From Thermoanaerobaculales bacterium (lineage in GTDB: Bacteria > Acidobacteriota > Thermoanaerobaculia > Thermoanaerobaculales > Sulfomarinibacteraceae), in assembly GCA_035358815.1 (NCBI GenBank), contig DAOPQC010000002.1, positions 472,207 through 536,206 of the forward strand: DNA of 64,000 nt, in the 5' to 3' direction. The translations under genes were made by a program, and so were the position numbers. Below are positions 29,515-37,684 of the stretch, in pieces. Numbering within the stretch: position 1 is the stretch's first letter; each line of letters begins with the position of its first letter. Below the pieces are notes generated by a model, which was not told the origin of the DNA, made no database searches, and worked only from the letters and a program-made list of their open reading frames with translations.

Positions 29515-31449
29515 ATGCGCTGGACAGTGACGCTGATCGCGTTGATCGCCATCTCGCAACCCGTTGCCGCCGAGCTTTCGGCGAGCAGCCTGTTCGGCAG
29601 CCACATGGTGCTGCAGCGCGACGCCGTGGTCCCGGTCTGGGGCACGGCGACGCCTGGATCACAGATCACGGTCGCGATCGCCGGCCACAGCGTCACTGCG
29701 GCTGCCGACCCGGCGGGGCGGTGGCGGGCCGAGCTCCCGGCGCTGGCGGTGGGCGGGCCGCACGCCCTGCTGGTCTCCGGCGACGGCGCCCGGATCGAGC
29801 TCGAGGACGTCCTGGTGGGCGACGTCTGGGTCTGCTCCGGCCAGTCCAACATGGAGTGGACGGTGGCCGACTCGATGCATGCAGCGCAGGAGATCGCGGC
29901 CGCCGATGATCCCGGCATCCGCCACTTCAAGGTGCCCAAGTCGTGGGCCGAGGTTCCTTCCGACACCCTCGCCGGCGGCGCCTGGGAGACGGCCGACCCG
30001 GCGCACGCCGGCGGCTTCACTGCGGTCGGCTACTTCTTCGCGCGTGAGCTGCGCCGCCACCACGCGGTGCCGATCGGCCTCCTCCATACCAGCTGGGGCG
30101 GCAGCCGCATCGAGCCCTGGATGAGCGCCGCCGCGCTCGGGCTGCCCGACACGGCGGTCGAGGGCCTGCTGGCCGCCGAGGCCGCGCAGGAGAAGGCAAC
30201 GCTCGAGCGGGTCCGTGCCCGGATCGGCACGCTGCCGGAGAGCGACCACGGTCTGGTTGACGGGCGGGCGGTGTGGGCCGCGCCGGACCTCGACGACTCG
30301 GGATGGCTCGAGCTCGATGCGGCGAGGCTCTGGGAGGAACAGGGCTGGGAGGGGATGGACGGCATCGGTTGGTACCGGTCGAGCTTCGAGCTGTCGGCCG
30401 AGGAGGCGAAGGCTGGTGTCCGGCTCGGCCTCGGCCCCATCGACGACTGCGACACCAGCTGGGTCAACGGTCACCAGGTCGGCCGCACCGAGTGGGCCTG
30501 GAACCGGGCCCGGGTCTACGACGTGCCGCCGGAGACACTGCGCGCCGGCCGCAACGTGATCGCGATCCGGGTCGAGGACGGGGGCGGCGGCGGCGGCCTC
30601 TACGGCGGCGCCGACGCCCGCTTCGTGGAAGCCGGTGGAGTGCGGCGGCCGCTGCCTGACCGCTGGCGCTTCCAGATCGGGTGGGTGAACGTCAACAGCG
30701 AGTCGCGCAAGAACCAGGTGCCCACCGTGCTCTACAACAAGATGGTCCACCCGCTGCTGCCGTTCCCGGTCGCCGGCTTCCTCTGGTACCAGGGCGAGTC
30801 GAACGCCGGGCCGGGCGAGGCCTTCGAGTACCGGAAGCTCTTCGCCAACATGATCCGCCAGTGGCGCGCCGACTGGGGGCGCGGCGACCTGCCCTTCCTG
30901 TGGGTGCAGCTCGCCAACTTCATGGCGCCGGTCGACGAGCCCGGCGACAGCGACTGGGCGATGCTCCGCGAGTCGCAGTCGGCGGCCCTGGCTCTGCCCC
31001 GCACCGGCCAGGCGGTGGCGATCGACATCGGCGACGCCGCCGACATCCACCCTCGCAACAAGCAGGAGGTCGGCCGCCGGCTGGCGCTGGCCGCGCGCAA
31101 GGTGGCGTACGGCGAGAAGCTGGTGTTCTCCGGGCCCACCTACCGCAGCCACGAGGTGAAGGACGGCCGCGTCGTGATTGCCTTCGACCACGTCGGCGGC
31201 GGGCTCGCGGCGAGGGGCCGCAGCGACGGGAAGCTCGCCGAGTTCGCGATCGCCGGCGCGGACGGCCGCTTCGTCCGCGCCGAGGCGCGGATTGACGGCG
31301 ACCGGGTCGTGGTCTGGAGCGAGCAGGTGGCGGAGCCGGCCGCGGTCCGCTACGCCTGGGCCGACAACCCGGCGGGAGCGAACCTGGTCAACGCCGAGGG
31401 CCTGCCGGCGTCGCCGTTCCGCTCGACGCCCGGGGGTAGCGGCCCCTGA
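29515..31449 (+). CDS. SASA-family (sialate O-acetylesterase-like / DUF303) carbohydrate acetylesterase
   Basis: 644 aa with a signal peptide. It contains VWVCSGQSNMEW (GQSN catalytic Ser motif), a central beta-sandwich insert, and FLWYQGESN. Confidence 0.85.
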   Translation: MRWTVTLIALIAISQPVAAELSASSLFGSHMVLQRDAVVPVWGTATPGSQITVAIAGHSVTAAADPAGRWRAELPALAVGGPHALLVSGDGARIELEDVLVGDVWVCSGQSNMEWTVADSMHAAQEIAAADDPGIRHFKVPKSWAEVPSDTLAGGAWETADPAHAGGFTAVGYFFARELRRHHAVPIGLLHTSWGGSRIEPWMSAAALGLPDTAVEGLLAAEAAQEKATLERVRARIGTLPESDHGLVDGRAVWAAPDLDDSGWLELDAARLWEEQGWEGMDGIGWYRSSFELSAEEAKAGVRLGLGPIDDCDTSWVNGHQVGRTEWAWNRARVYDVPPETLRAGRNVIAIRVEDGGGGGGLYGGADARFVEAGGVRRPLPDRWRFQIGWVNVNSESRKNQVPTVLYNKMVHPLLPFPVAGFLWYQGESNAGPGEAFEYRKLFANMIRQWRADWGRGDLPFLWVQLANFMAPVDEPGDSDWAMLRESQSAALALPRTGQAVAIDIGDAADIHPRNKQEVGRRLALAARKVAYGEKLVFSGPTYRSHEVKDGRVVIAFDHVGGGLAARGRSDGKLAEFAIAGADGRFVRAEARIDGDRVVVWSEQVAEPAAVRYAWADNPAGANLVNAEGLPASPFRSTPGGSGP

Positions 31450-31546
31450 GCGCGGCACTGACGCCATGCCATGAGCTGGCCGCTCCCCCCGCGCGTCGAG
31501 AGTGATGCGCTGCGCGCATCTCGAAACAGACGAAAGCTGAATGCAG
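31450..31546 (+). repeat. 3'-end element family, copy C (hairpin GATGCGC-TGC-GCGCATC, then a purine-rich tail)
   Basis: Starts at the first base after the esterase stop. It is the reverse complement of the copy A/B plus-strand sequence, so all three copies share the same orientation relative to the upstream gene. Confidence 0.7.
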
Positions 31547-31770
31547 TCTCAGACCAAGCGGGGCGGTCAGCGGGCTGGCAGAAGAGGTCAGTCGAAGGCC
31601 CTTGCCAGCGGCCGGCCACCGGCTATCTTCTCGACGGAACGACCCGGAGGTGAGCATGCCGCCGCACGCCGCTGTCCGATCGCCGTCCGCTGACGCTGCC
31701 CCTGGTCACTGCCGCTGATCGCTGTGATCTTCGCCGTGGATGCTGCCCCGCGGCTGACGCCCGCGGGTGA

Positions 31771-32613
31771 TCACTCGACGGAGGGATCGGCCGGGAGGCC
31801 GAGCTCGCGGTAGAGCTCGCGGCGGCCGGCCTTGTCGCCGTCGAGGATGCCGCGGGCGTAGCGGGCGACCTCGGCCGCGACGGCGCGCGGCACCACGATC
31901 ACGCCATCCCCGTCGGCCACCACCACGTCGCCCGGGACCACCAGCACGCCGCCGCAGACCACCGGCCGATTGACCGACTCGATCTGGTTGCGGCCGGGCC
32001 GGATCCCGCGGCCGACGCCGCGCAAGTACAGCGGCACGCCCTCGGTCTCGACCTCGTCGGTGTCGCGGGCGGTGCCGTCGGTGACCACCCCGACCATGCC
32101 GCGCTGCTTCCAGGCGAGGATGTTGTACGAGCCGATCGACCCGACGTCGACGTTGTCCGCGTCGTCGAGCACCAGCACCGATCCCGGCCGCAGCAGCACG
32201 TCGAACGGCTCGGGCGAGAGCTCCTCGTACCACTGCCCCACCCAGCGGTCGAAGTCCGCAGCCTCGCGCCTGCCGGCCGGCGGCAGGTTGGTCGGCACGT
32301 AGCGCGCCGTGACCGCGATGCCGACAAAGCGGTGGCGGTAGGTCGTGGTGTCCGTCCACAGCGGCCGGATCGCCCGGTCCACGAGGCCGACGTTCTGCAG
32401 GCCAGCCGCGTCCATGCCGTCGGAGACGTCGGCCACCCGCAGGCCGGCGTAGAGCGCGATCAGGGCTTGGTCCTCCTCGGCGGTGAACACCGGCGTCGCG
32501 ATGAAGCCCTTGCCGGCGCGCAGCTCCTGGAGCGCCGCCTCATCGGGTGGCTGCTGGGCCACCGCCGCAGCCGCTGCGAGCACCATCACGCCTGCAAACA
32601 GGATGCGCATCAT
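31771..32613 (-). CDS. RraA-family protein (RraA / HMG-CHA aldolase fold) carrying a signal peptide
   Basis: 280 aa. It begins MMRILFAGVMVLAAAAAVAQQ. The RraA core reads VGSIGSYNILAWKQRGMVGVVTDGTARDTDE, followed by VVCGGVLVVPGDVVVADGDGVIVVP. Confidence 0.75.
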   Translation of the reverse strand: MMRILFAGVMVLAAAAAVAQQPPDEAALQELRAGKGFIATPVFTAEEDQALIALYAGLRVADVSDGMDAAGLQNVGLVDRAIRPLWTDTTTYRHRFVGIAVTARYVPTNLPPAGRREAADFDRWVGQWYEELSPEPFDVLLRPGSVLVLDDADNVDVGSIGSYNILAWKQRGMVGVVTDGTARDTDEVETEGVPLYLRGVGRGIRPGRNQIESVNRPVVCGGVLVVPGDVVVADGDGVIVVPRAVAAEVARYARGILDGDKAGRRELYRELGLPADPSVE

Positions 32614-32622
32614 GCCTCCCCA

Positions 32623-33810
32623 TCATTTCTTGAGGTTGAGCAGCAGCCGGGGGGCGTTCTCCCCGCGGCAGCGGAACGCGGCGTCGATCGGCCCCAGCGG
32701 CGTGACCGCCAGGCCGAGGCTGCGGCCGTCCACGAGCCGCTGCAGAACCGGCCGCGAGACGACGAACCAGGTCTTCCCGCCGGCGGCCTCGTTCACCGGC
32801 CAGTCGATGATCGGCTGCGGGTTGAAGGCCTCGTCGAGGATCTGGCCCCGCAGCAGGCCGTCGAGCGTCACCGATTCGCGGCGCCACGTCGGATCGCCGC
32901 CGAGGATCTCCACCACCCGCACCAGCCCCATGTCCTTCATGTCCCTCGAGTCGCGCTGCACCGTCGCCGTCGACAGCTCGAGCAGGCCCTGGCCGGCCAC
33001 GCGGCGGCCCTGGAAGGCACCGAGGTCGAACCGGAGGACTGTCCACACGGTTCCGTTGACGGTCAGCACCGGCTGCTTCGCGCCGCCTTCGACAATCGAC
33101 CACTCGCCGAGGTTGACCCCGGGGTTGGCGAGGTCGACCACGGCCGCCTCGACGGCGGCGATCGAGTTCGCGAACAACGCCGGGTCCGGGACCGGCGGAT
33201 GGTACGGCACCGCGTCGCCCAGGTCAGGTCCGGCGGTCGCCGCCTCCACCACGTCGACCCTGAAATAGTCGACGTCGACCCGGTAGCGGTCATGCCCCCA
33301 GTCGATCAGCGCCATCTGTGCGAAAACCGTGTCGCCGGGTTCCACCGGGAACTCCCGGGTGGTCATGCTGATCTCGTGCCAGACGCCGGCGGCCGGCAGA
33401 TCGAACTCCAAGAGGTGACTGTGGAAGTCGGTGGTGCGCTGGGTGTTGCAGTGGAGGTTGACGCGGCGAGGGGCGTGGCTTGAACGGATCCGCGCCGCGA
33501 TCCGCAGCTCCCAGCCGGGCTCGGCGAGCCGCGCCACGTCGATGTCCCCCGACACTCGGTGCTTGACGAGCGCCCACCAGACATTGCGGCGATCGTGCGT
33601 CGCGTCGACCAGGATCGAGGCGAAGCCCTCGCCAGTGGCGGCGAGGTCCATCGTCGCCTCGCCGTCGCCGGTGAAGAACGCCCAGCCGTCGACGCCGCTC
33701 GGATCGAGGCGCAGCTGAGGCTCATCGAAGCTCTCGAGGAACTGGCCGCGCGCCGGGAGGGCGGCCGCCAGGGCGAGGGCTGCTGCGAGCAGCAGCGCCC
33801 GGCCGGCCAT
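32623..33810 (-). CDS. secreted hypothetical protein (two predicted beta-sandwich-like halves; possible carbohydrate-binding role)
   Basis: The start is reset to ATG 33810 (MAGRALLLAAALALAAALPARGQ), which overlaps the mannanase stop as TGATG. No catalytic motif recognised. Confidence 0.65.
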   Translation of the reverse strand: MAGRALLLAAALALAAALPARGQFLESFDEPQLRLDPSGVDGWAFFTGDGEATMDLAATGEGFASILVDATHDRRNVWWALVKHRVSGDIDVARLAEPGWELRIAARIRSSHAPRRVNLHCNTQRTTDFHSHLLEFDLPAAGVWHEISMTTREFPVEPGDTVFAQMALIDWGHDRYRVDVDYFRVDVVEAATAGPDLGDAVPYHPPVPDPALFANSIAAVEAAVVDLANPGVNLGEWSIVEGGAKQPVLTVNGTVWTVLRFDLGAFQGRRVAGQGLLELSTATVQRDSRDMKDMGLVRVVEILGGDPTWRRESVTLDGLLRGQILDEAFNPQPIIDWPVNEAAGGKTWFVVSRPVLQRLVDGRSLGLAVTPLGPIDAAFRCRGENAPRLLLNLKK

Positions 33811-35129
33811 CAACGAACCGCCCTCATCCGCGCGGCCTTGCGCTCGAGCACGGCCAGCGTCGATGCGTCGGCCGCGAACACTGAGTTGCGGCCCTGCGGC
33901 TCCTGCGGCGGGTCGCCGGTGAAGCTGTCGCCGTGGCGCCACACGAACTGATCGGTGTCCGCCGCCGCGCCGTGGCCGCCCCAGGTCCAGAAGTTGCTGC
34001 CGGCGACCGGGCCACCCGCCGCCGCGTTCGCCGCGAGGTGACCGAGCACGGTTCGATAGTAGTGGTCGCGCACCGTGGTCGGCGCCGCCGGCGAGTACGA
34101 GTGGAGGTCGCGCGGGATGCCGAACTCGTCCATGACGAGCGGCTTGGAGAGCTGCTCGGCGAACACAATGTGCTGGTCAATGTAGTCGATCGCCAGCCGC
34201 TCGGCCTCGGGGTAGGTGGCGTCGTGGCGCAGGGGGTCGTACCAGCTCCAGTTGAGGACCCAGAGGTGGACGGTCAGGTAGTCGACGTTCGGAAAGCGGT
34301 GGATGGCGAGGTAGATCTCGGGTCGGCCCAGGCTGCCGCGCAGCCCCTCGCTGCCGACCGAGATCAGGTGGTTCGGGTCGAGCGAGCGGATGAAGTCGGC
34401 GGTCGCGCCGATCCAGCTCACGAAGACCTCGCGGTTGCCCCATCCCGGCCGGCCGCGGCCGGGCCGCGGCTCGTTGGCGAGCTGCCAGGCCATGATCGTC
34501 GGGTCGTCCCGGTAGCGCAGCCCGGTGTAGCGGTTCTTGCGGTGGACCAGCGTCTCGACGTAGCGGCGAAAGGCGGCGTTGGCGCCGGCGTGGCTGTAGA
34601 AGCGGGCCGAGAAGTTCATGAACTGGTCCCACGAGTTCTCGGCGAAGAACGGGTTGGGTACCGGCACGCCCTCGACCCACGACAGGTACTGGGCCATGCC
34701 GCCCGACCACTCCCAGTAGTTGTTGAGGACGACCACCGCCAGCATGTCGCGGCGGGCCATCTCGGCGAGCAGGAAGTCGAGCCCGTCGAGCAGCCGCTCG
34801 TCGCAGCGCCCGAGCTCGGGCTGGATCGGCGGCCACACCGTGTTGGGCTGGCCGACGCCCTCGGAGGCGCCCATCACCCGCAAGTTGTCGATGCCGAGCG
34901 AGTGCAGCAGATCGAGCTCGCGGCGCAGCCGGTCGCGGTCGCCGCCCTCGGCCAGCGCCGCCAGGTTGCAGCCGTACCAGAAGTTGGCGCCGACGAAGGA
35001 GTAGGGCTCACCTTTCCTGATGAGATTCGTCCCCTGAACCGCGACGAACTCGCGCGGCGGCGCTTCGACCCGCCCGGCACAGGCGGCAGCGAAGACCGCG
35101 GCGGCGAGTGCAGCCGCGAGGGCGCGCAT
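33810..35129 (-). CDS. GH5 endo-beta-1,4-mannanase
   Basis: 439 aa with a signal peptide. Clan GH-A motifs: WQLANEPR (acid/base Glu) and MDEFG (nucleophile Glu). The overall pattern resembles fungal/bacterial GH5_7 mannanases. Confidence 0.85.
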   Translation of the reverse strand: MRALAAALAAAVFAAACAGRVEAPPREFVAVQGTNLIRKGEPYSFVGANFWYGCNLAALAEGGDRDRLRRELDLLHSLGIDNLRVMGASEGVGQPNTVWPPIQPELGRCDERLLDGLDFLLAEMARRDMLAVVVLNNYWEWSGGMAQYLSWVEGVPVPNPFFAENSWDQFMNFSARFYSHAGANAAFRRYVETLVHRKNRYTGLRYRDDPTIMAWQLANEPRPGRGRPGWGNREVFVSWIGATADFIRSLDPNHLISVGSEGLRGSLGRPEIYLAIHRFPNVDYLTVHLWVLNWSWYDPLRHDATYPEAERLAIDYIDQHIVFAEQLSKPLVMDEFGIPRDLHSYSPAAPTTVRDHYYRTVLGHLAANAAAGGPVAGSNFWTWGGHGAAADTDQFVWRHGDSFTGDPPQEPQGRNSVFAADASTLAVLERKAARMRAVR

Positions 35130-35147
35130 CGACCGCTCCTCGGCCCG

Positions 35148-37502
35148 CTAACCGGCCGGCCGCTCGAGCCGGGCGCGGTGGACCTGCGCCTGTCGCAGCG
35201 CGCGCTCGAGCTCGGCCTGCCGGCCCTGGCGGGAGTAGACGTCGGCCAGGATGTAGTAGCCGAGGACCTTGAGGTCGTCGGCTTCGGCCCGCGCGAGCCC
35301 GTCCCTCGCGAGCCGCTCGACCTCGGCCAGCTCCCGCCCCTGCTGCAGCAGAACCCGGGCGAGCAGCAGGTAGGGCTTGGCCGATTCGGGCGTCTTCTCG
35401 ATCAAGGTCTGCAGCTCCCGCTCCGCTCCCGCCGCGTCGCCGAGCGCAAGGAGCACGTTGCCGAGGTTGAAGCGGGCCGGCATGTTGTTCGGGAACAGCT
35501 CGACCTCCTCGGCGTAGGCCGCGCGGGCCTCCGGCAGCCGCCCCCCCTCCTCGTACACCAGCCCGAGATGGAAGTGCGCGAGCGGGAACTTCGGTCGCTC
35601 GTCGACGATGACGTCGAGCTGGTTCTCGGCCTCGGAGAGGTGGCCGAGGTTGATGTTGGCAACCGCGAGGTTGAGGCGGTTGCGGGTCAGCTTGGGCTGT
35701 ATCTCGACCGCCTTCTCGAGCAGCGGCAGCGCCGCCGCGTGGTCGCCTTCGTCCATGTGGGCCGCTGCCATCAGCGCGTAGGCCTCGGCGTTCTTCGGGT
35801 CGACCGCCAGGATCCGCTTGGCGAGCGCCACCACCTCCTCGTGCTTGCCCTCCTCGGAGAGGATGCCGGCCATCGTGATCAGCGCCGGCGTGCTGTCCGG
35901 ATGCTCCCGTAGGTACTCATCGAGCAGCGACTTGGCTTCCGCGGTGCGGCCGGTCTTGCGGTAGCAGGTGGCGAGCATGTGCTTGGCCTGGCCGACCCCG
36001 GGATCCTGGCCGAGCACTTTCTCGAGGACCTCCGCGCTCTCCGCCCAATTGTCCTCGAGCATCAGCTGCGAGGCGTACCCCACCGCCTCGAACAGGTGGA
36101 GCTTGTCCTTGGGATCGGCCAGGTTGGCGCCGGTCGGCGCGGCGCTGTCGCCGCCGACATAGCCGAGGGCCGCCAGCATGCCCAGCGTTTCCTGGTCGAG
36201 GTCCGCCGCCTCGGTCGCCGGCGCACCGGCCTCGATCTCTGCGCGCAGTGCCGCAAGCTGCGCCCGCAGCCGCTCCGCGAGCGCGGGTTCGTCCCGCACC
36301 AGGTTCGTCGCCTCGTCGGCGTCCTGCGCGTGGTCATAGAGCTCGGCCCGCGGCGCGTCGATGAACTTGTGGGTCGCGGTACGCAGGCCGTAGAGCGCGC
36401 TCCAGCCGTACTGGAGGTTGACCGCCATTGACTCCGAGTAGGCGGGCCGCGGCTCACCACCCTCTGGATCCAGGATCAGCGGCAGCAGCGACTGGCCATG
36501 CAGCGGCTGCGGCGGGGCGACGCCGACGAGGTCGAGAACGGTCGGCATGACGTCGATGGTGCGCACCTGCTGGGACACCCGGACCCCTTCGGCGCCGGAC
36601 CCGGGGGCCCTGACGATCAGCGGCACCCGGACCGTGGCGTCGTAGATGTAGTAGCCGTGCTCGGTCTCTCCATGGTCGCCGAGGGCCTCGCCGTGATCGC
36701 CGACCACCACCACGACCGTCTCCTCGGCGATTCCTCGCTCGTCGAGCCAGTCGAGGACGCGGCCGACCTCGGAGTCGGTGAAGGCGATCTCGCCGTCGTA
36801 GAGGCCGCTCGCGCCGCGGCCCGAGAAGCGGGTCTTGAAGGGCTCGGGCGGGTCGTAGGGGATGTGCGGGTCGTAGAGGTGGAGCCAGGCGAAAAACGGG
36901 CGGCCGTCGCCCTGGTCGAGCCACTCGAGACCGAGGTCCACCACTTGGTCCGCTGGCCGCTGCACGCCAGCCAGGTCGAGGCGCTGGTCGGGGGCCAGCT
37001 TGAAGCTGTCGTCATAGTGCTCGAACCCCTGGCTCAATCCCCAACGCTGGTCGATCACGAAGGCGCCGATGACCGCGCCGCAGCGATAGCCGGCGCCGGC
37101 GAGCGTCTCGGCGAGGGTGGTCTGGACCTCGGCGAGCGCGGCGCCGCCGTTGAGGCGCACGCCGTGGAACGGCGGGTAGAGCCCGGTCAGGATCGAGGAG
37201 TGCGCGGGCAGTGTGAAGGCGGTGGGGGTGATGGTCTGCTCGAACAACGCCCCCTCGCGGGCGAGCCGGTCAAGCCGCGGGGTCTCGGCGGCAGCCCACC
37301 CGTACGCGCCGATGCGGTCGGCGCGGGTGGTGTCGAGGGTGATCAGGAGGACGTTGGCGCTCTGCAACGCCGACCGCAGGGCCTCGATCCTGCGGCCGGC
37401 GGACGCTCCGGTGCCGCCGGCCCGGCCGAGCCACCACACCACCAGCGCGATGGCGGCGAGGGCCGCAAGGGCTGCGATCGTAGTGACGACCCGGCGACTC
37501 AT
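35148..37502 (-). CDS. membrane-anchored sulfatase-like (alkaline-phosphatase superfamily) domain fused to a C-terminal TPR array
   Basis: 784 aa. An N-terminal TM helix precedes LITLDTTRADR, where Thr replaces the Cys/Ser that forms formylglycine. It also has GDHGE and about 10 TPR-like repeats in the C-terminal half. Confidence 0.8.
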   Translation of the reverse strand: MSRRVVTTIAALAALAAIALVVWWLGRAGGTGASAGRRIEALRSALQSANVLLITLDTTRADRIGAYGWAAAETPRLDRLAREGALFEQTITPTAFTLPAHSSILTGLYPPFHGVRLNGGAALAEVQTTLAETLAGAGYRCGAVIGAFVIDQRWGLSQGFEHYDDSFKLAPDQRLDLAGVQRPADQVVDLGLEWLDQGDGRPFFAWLHLYDPHIPYDPPEPFKTRFSGRGASGLYDGEIAFTDSEVGRVLDWLDERGIAEETVVVVVGDHGEALGDHGETEHGYYIYDATVRVPLIVRAPGSGAEGVRVSQQVRTIDVMPTVLDLVGVAPPQPLHGQSLLPLILDPEGGEPRPAYSESMAVNLQYGWSALYGLRTATHKFIDAPRAELYDHAQDADEATNLVRDEPALAERLRAQLAALRAEIEAGAPATEAADLDQETLGMLAALGYVGGDSAAPTGANLADPKDKLHLFEAVGYASQLMLEDNWAESAEVLEKVLGQDPGVGQAKHMLATCYRKTGRTAEAKSLLDEYLREHPDSTPALITMAGILSEEGKHEEVVALAKRILAVDPKNAEAYALMAAAHMDEGDHAAALPLLEKAVEIQPKLTRNRLNLAVANINLGHLSEAENQLDVIVDERPKFPLAHFHLGLVYEEGGRLPEARAAYAEEVELFPNNMPARFNLGNVLLALGDAAGAERELQTLIEKTPESAKPYLLLARVLLQQGRELAEVERLARDGLARAEADDLKVLGYYILADVYSRQGRQAELERALRQAQVHRARLERPAG

Positions 37503-37590
37503 GGTGCGCTCAGCCCTCCCCCTCCCCGTGCCCGACCCGAGGGCTCCACCGTTGCGTTCGGCCGGACGCGGGGCTCCTCCGCACCCCGTC

Positions 37591-37623
37591 GGGAACGGGA
37601 ACGGGAACGGGAACGGGAACGGG
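37591..37623 (+). repeat. (GGGAAC)5GGG G-tract microsatellite
   Basis: Perfect repeat between the receptor-gene terminator and the sulfatase-TPR gene start. Confidence 0.9.
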
Positions 37624-37627
37624 CATA

Positions 37628-37659
37628 CATAAAACTGGAGGGCCCGGGGGGGCCCTCCA
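37628..37659 (-). terminator. intrinsic terminator of the TonB-dependent receptor gene
   Basis: Perfect 10-bp stem TGGAGGGCCC / GGGCCCTCCA (37636-37659) with a 4-nt loop. On the minus strand it is followed by GTTTTATG. It lies 26 nt after the stop at 37685. Confidence 0.8.
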
Positions 37660-37684
37660 AAGGATAGCAGCGATCGGAGAGAGA

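Noticed and set aside
31656-31718. A 20-codon ORF (MPPHAAVRSPSADAAPGHCR) preceded by GGAGGTGA in the 320-bp gap after the esterase gene
   Set aside because: The SD and spacing are good, but the peptide has no distinguishing features and no support is available without conservation or ribosome-profiling data.
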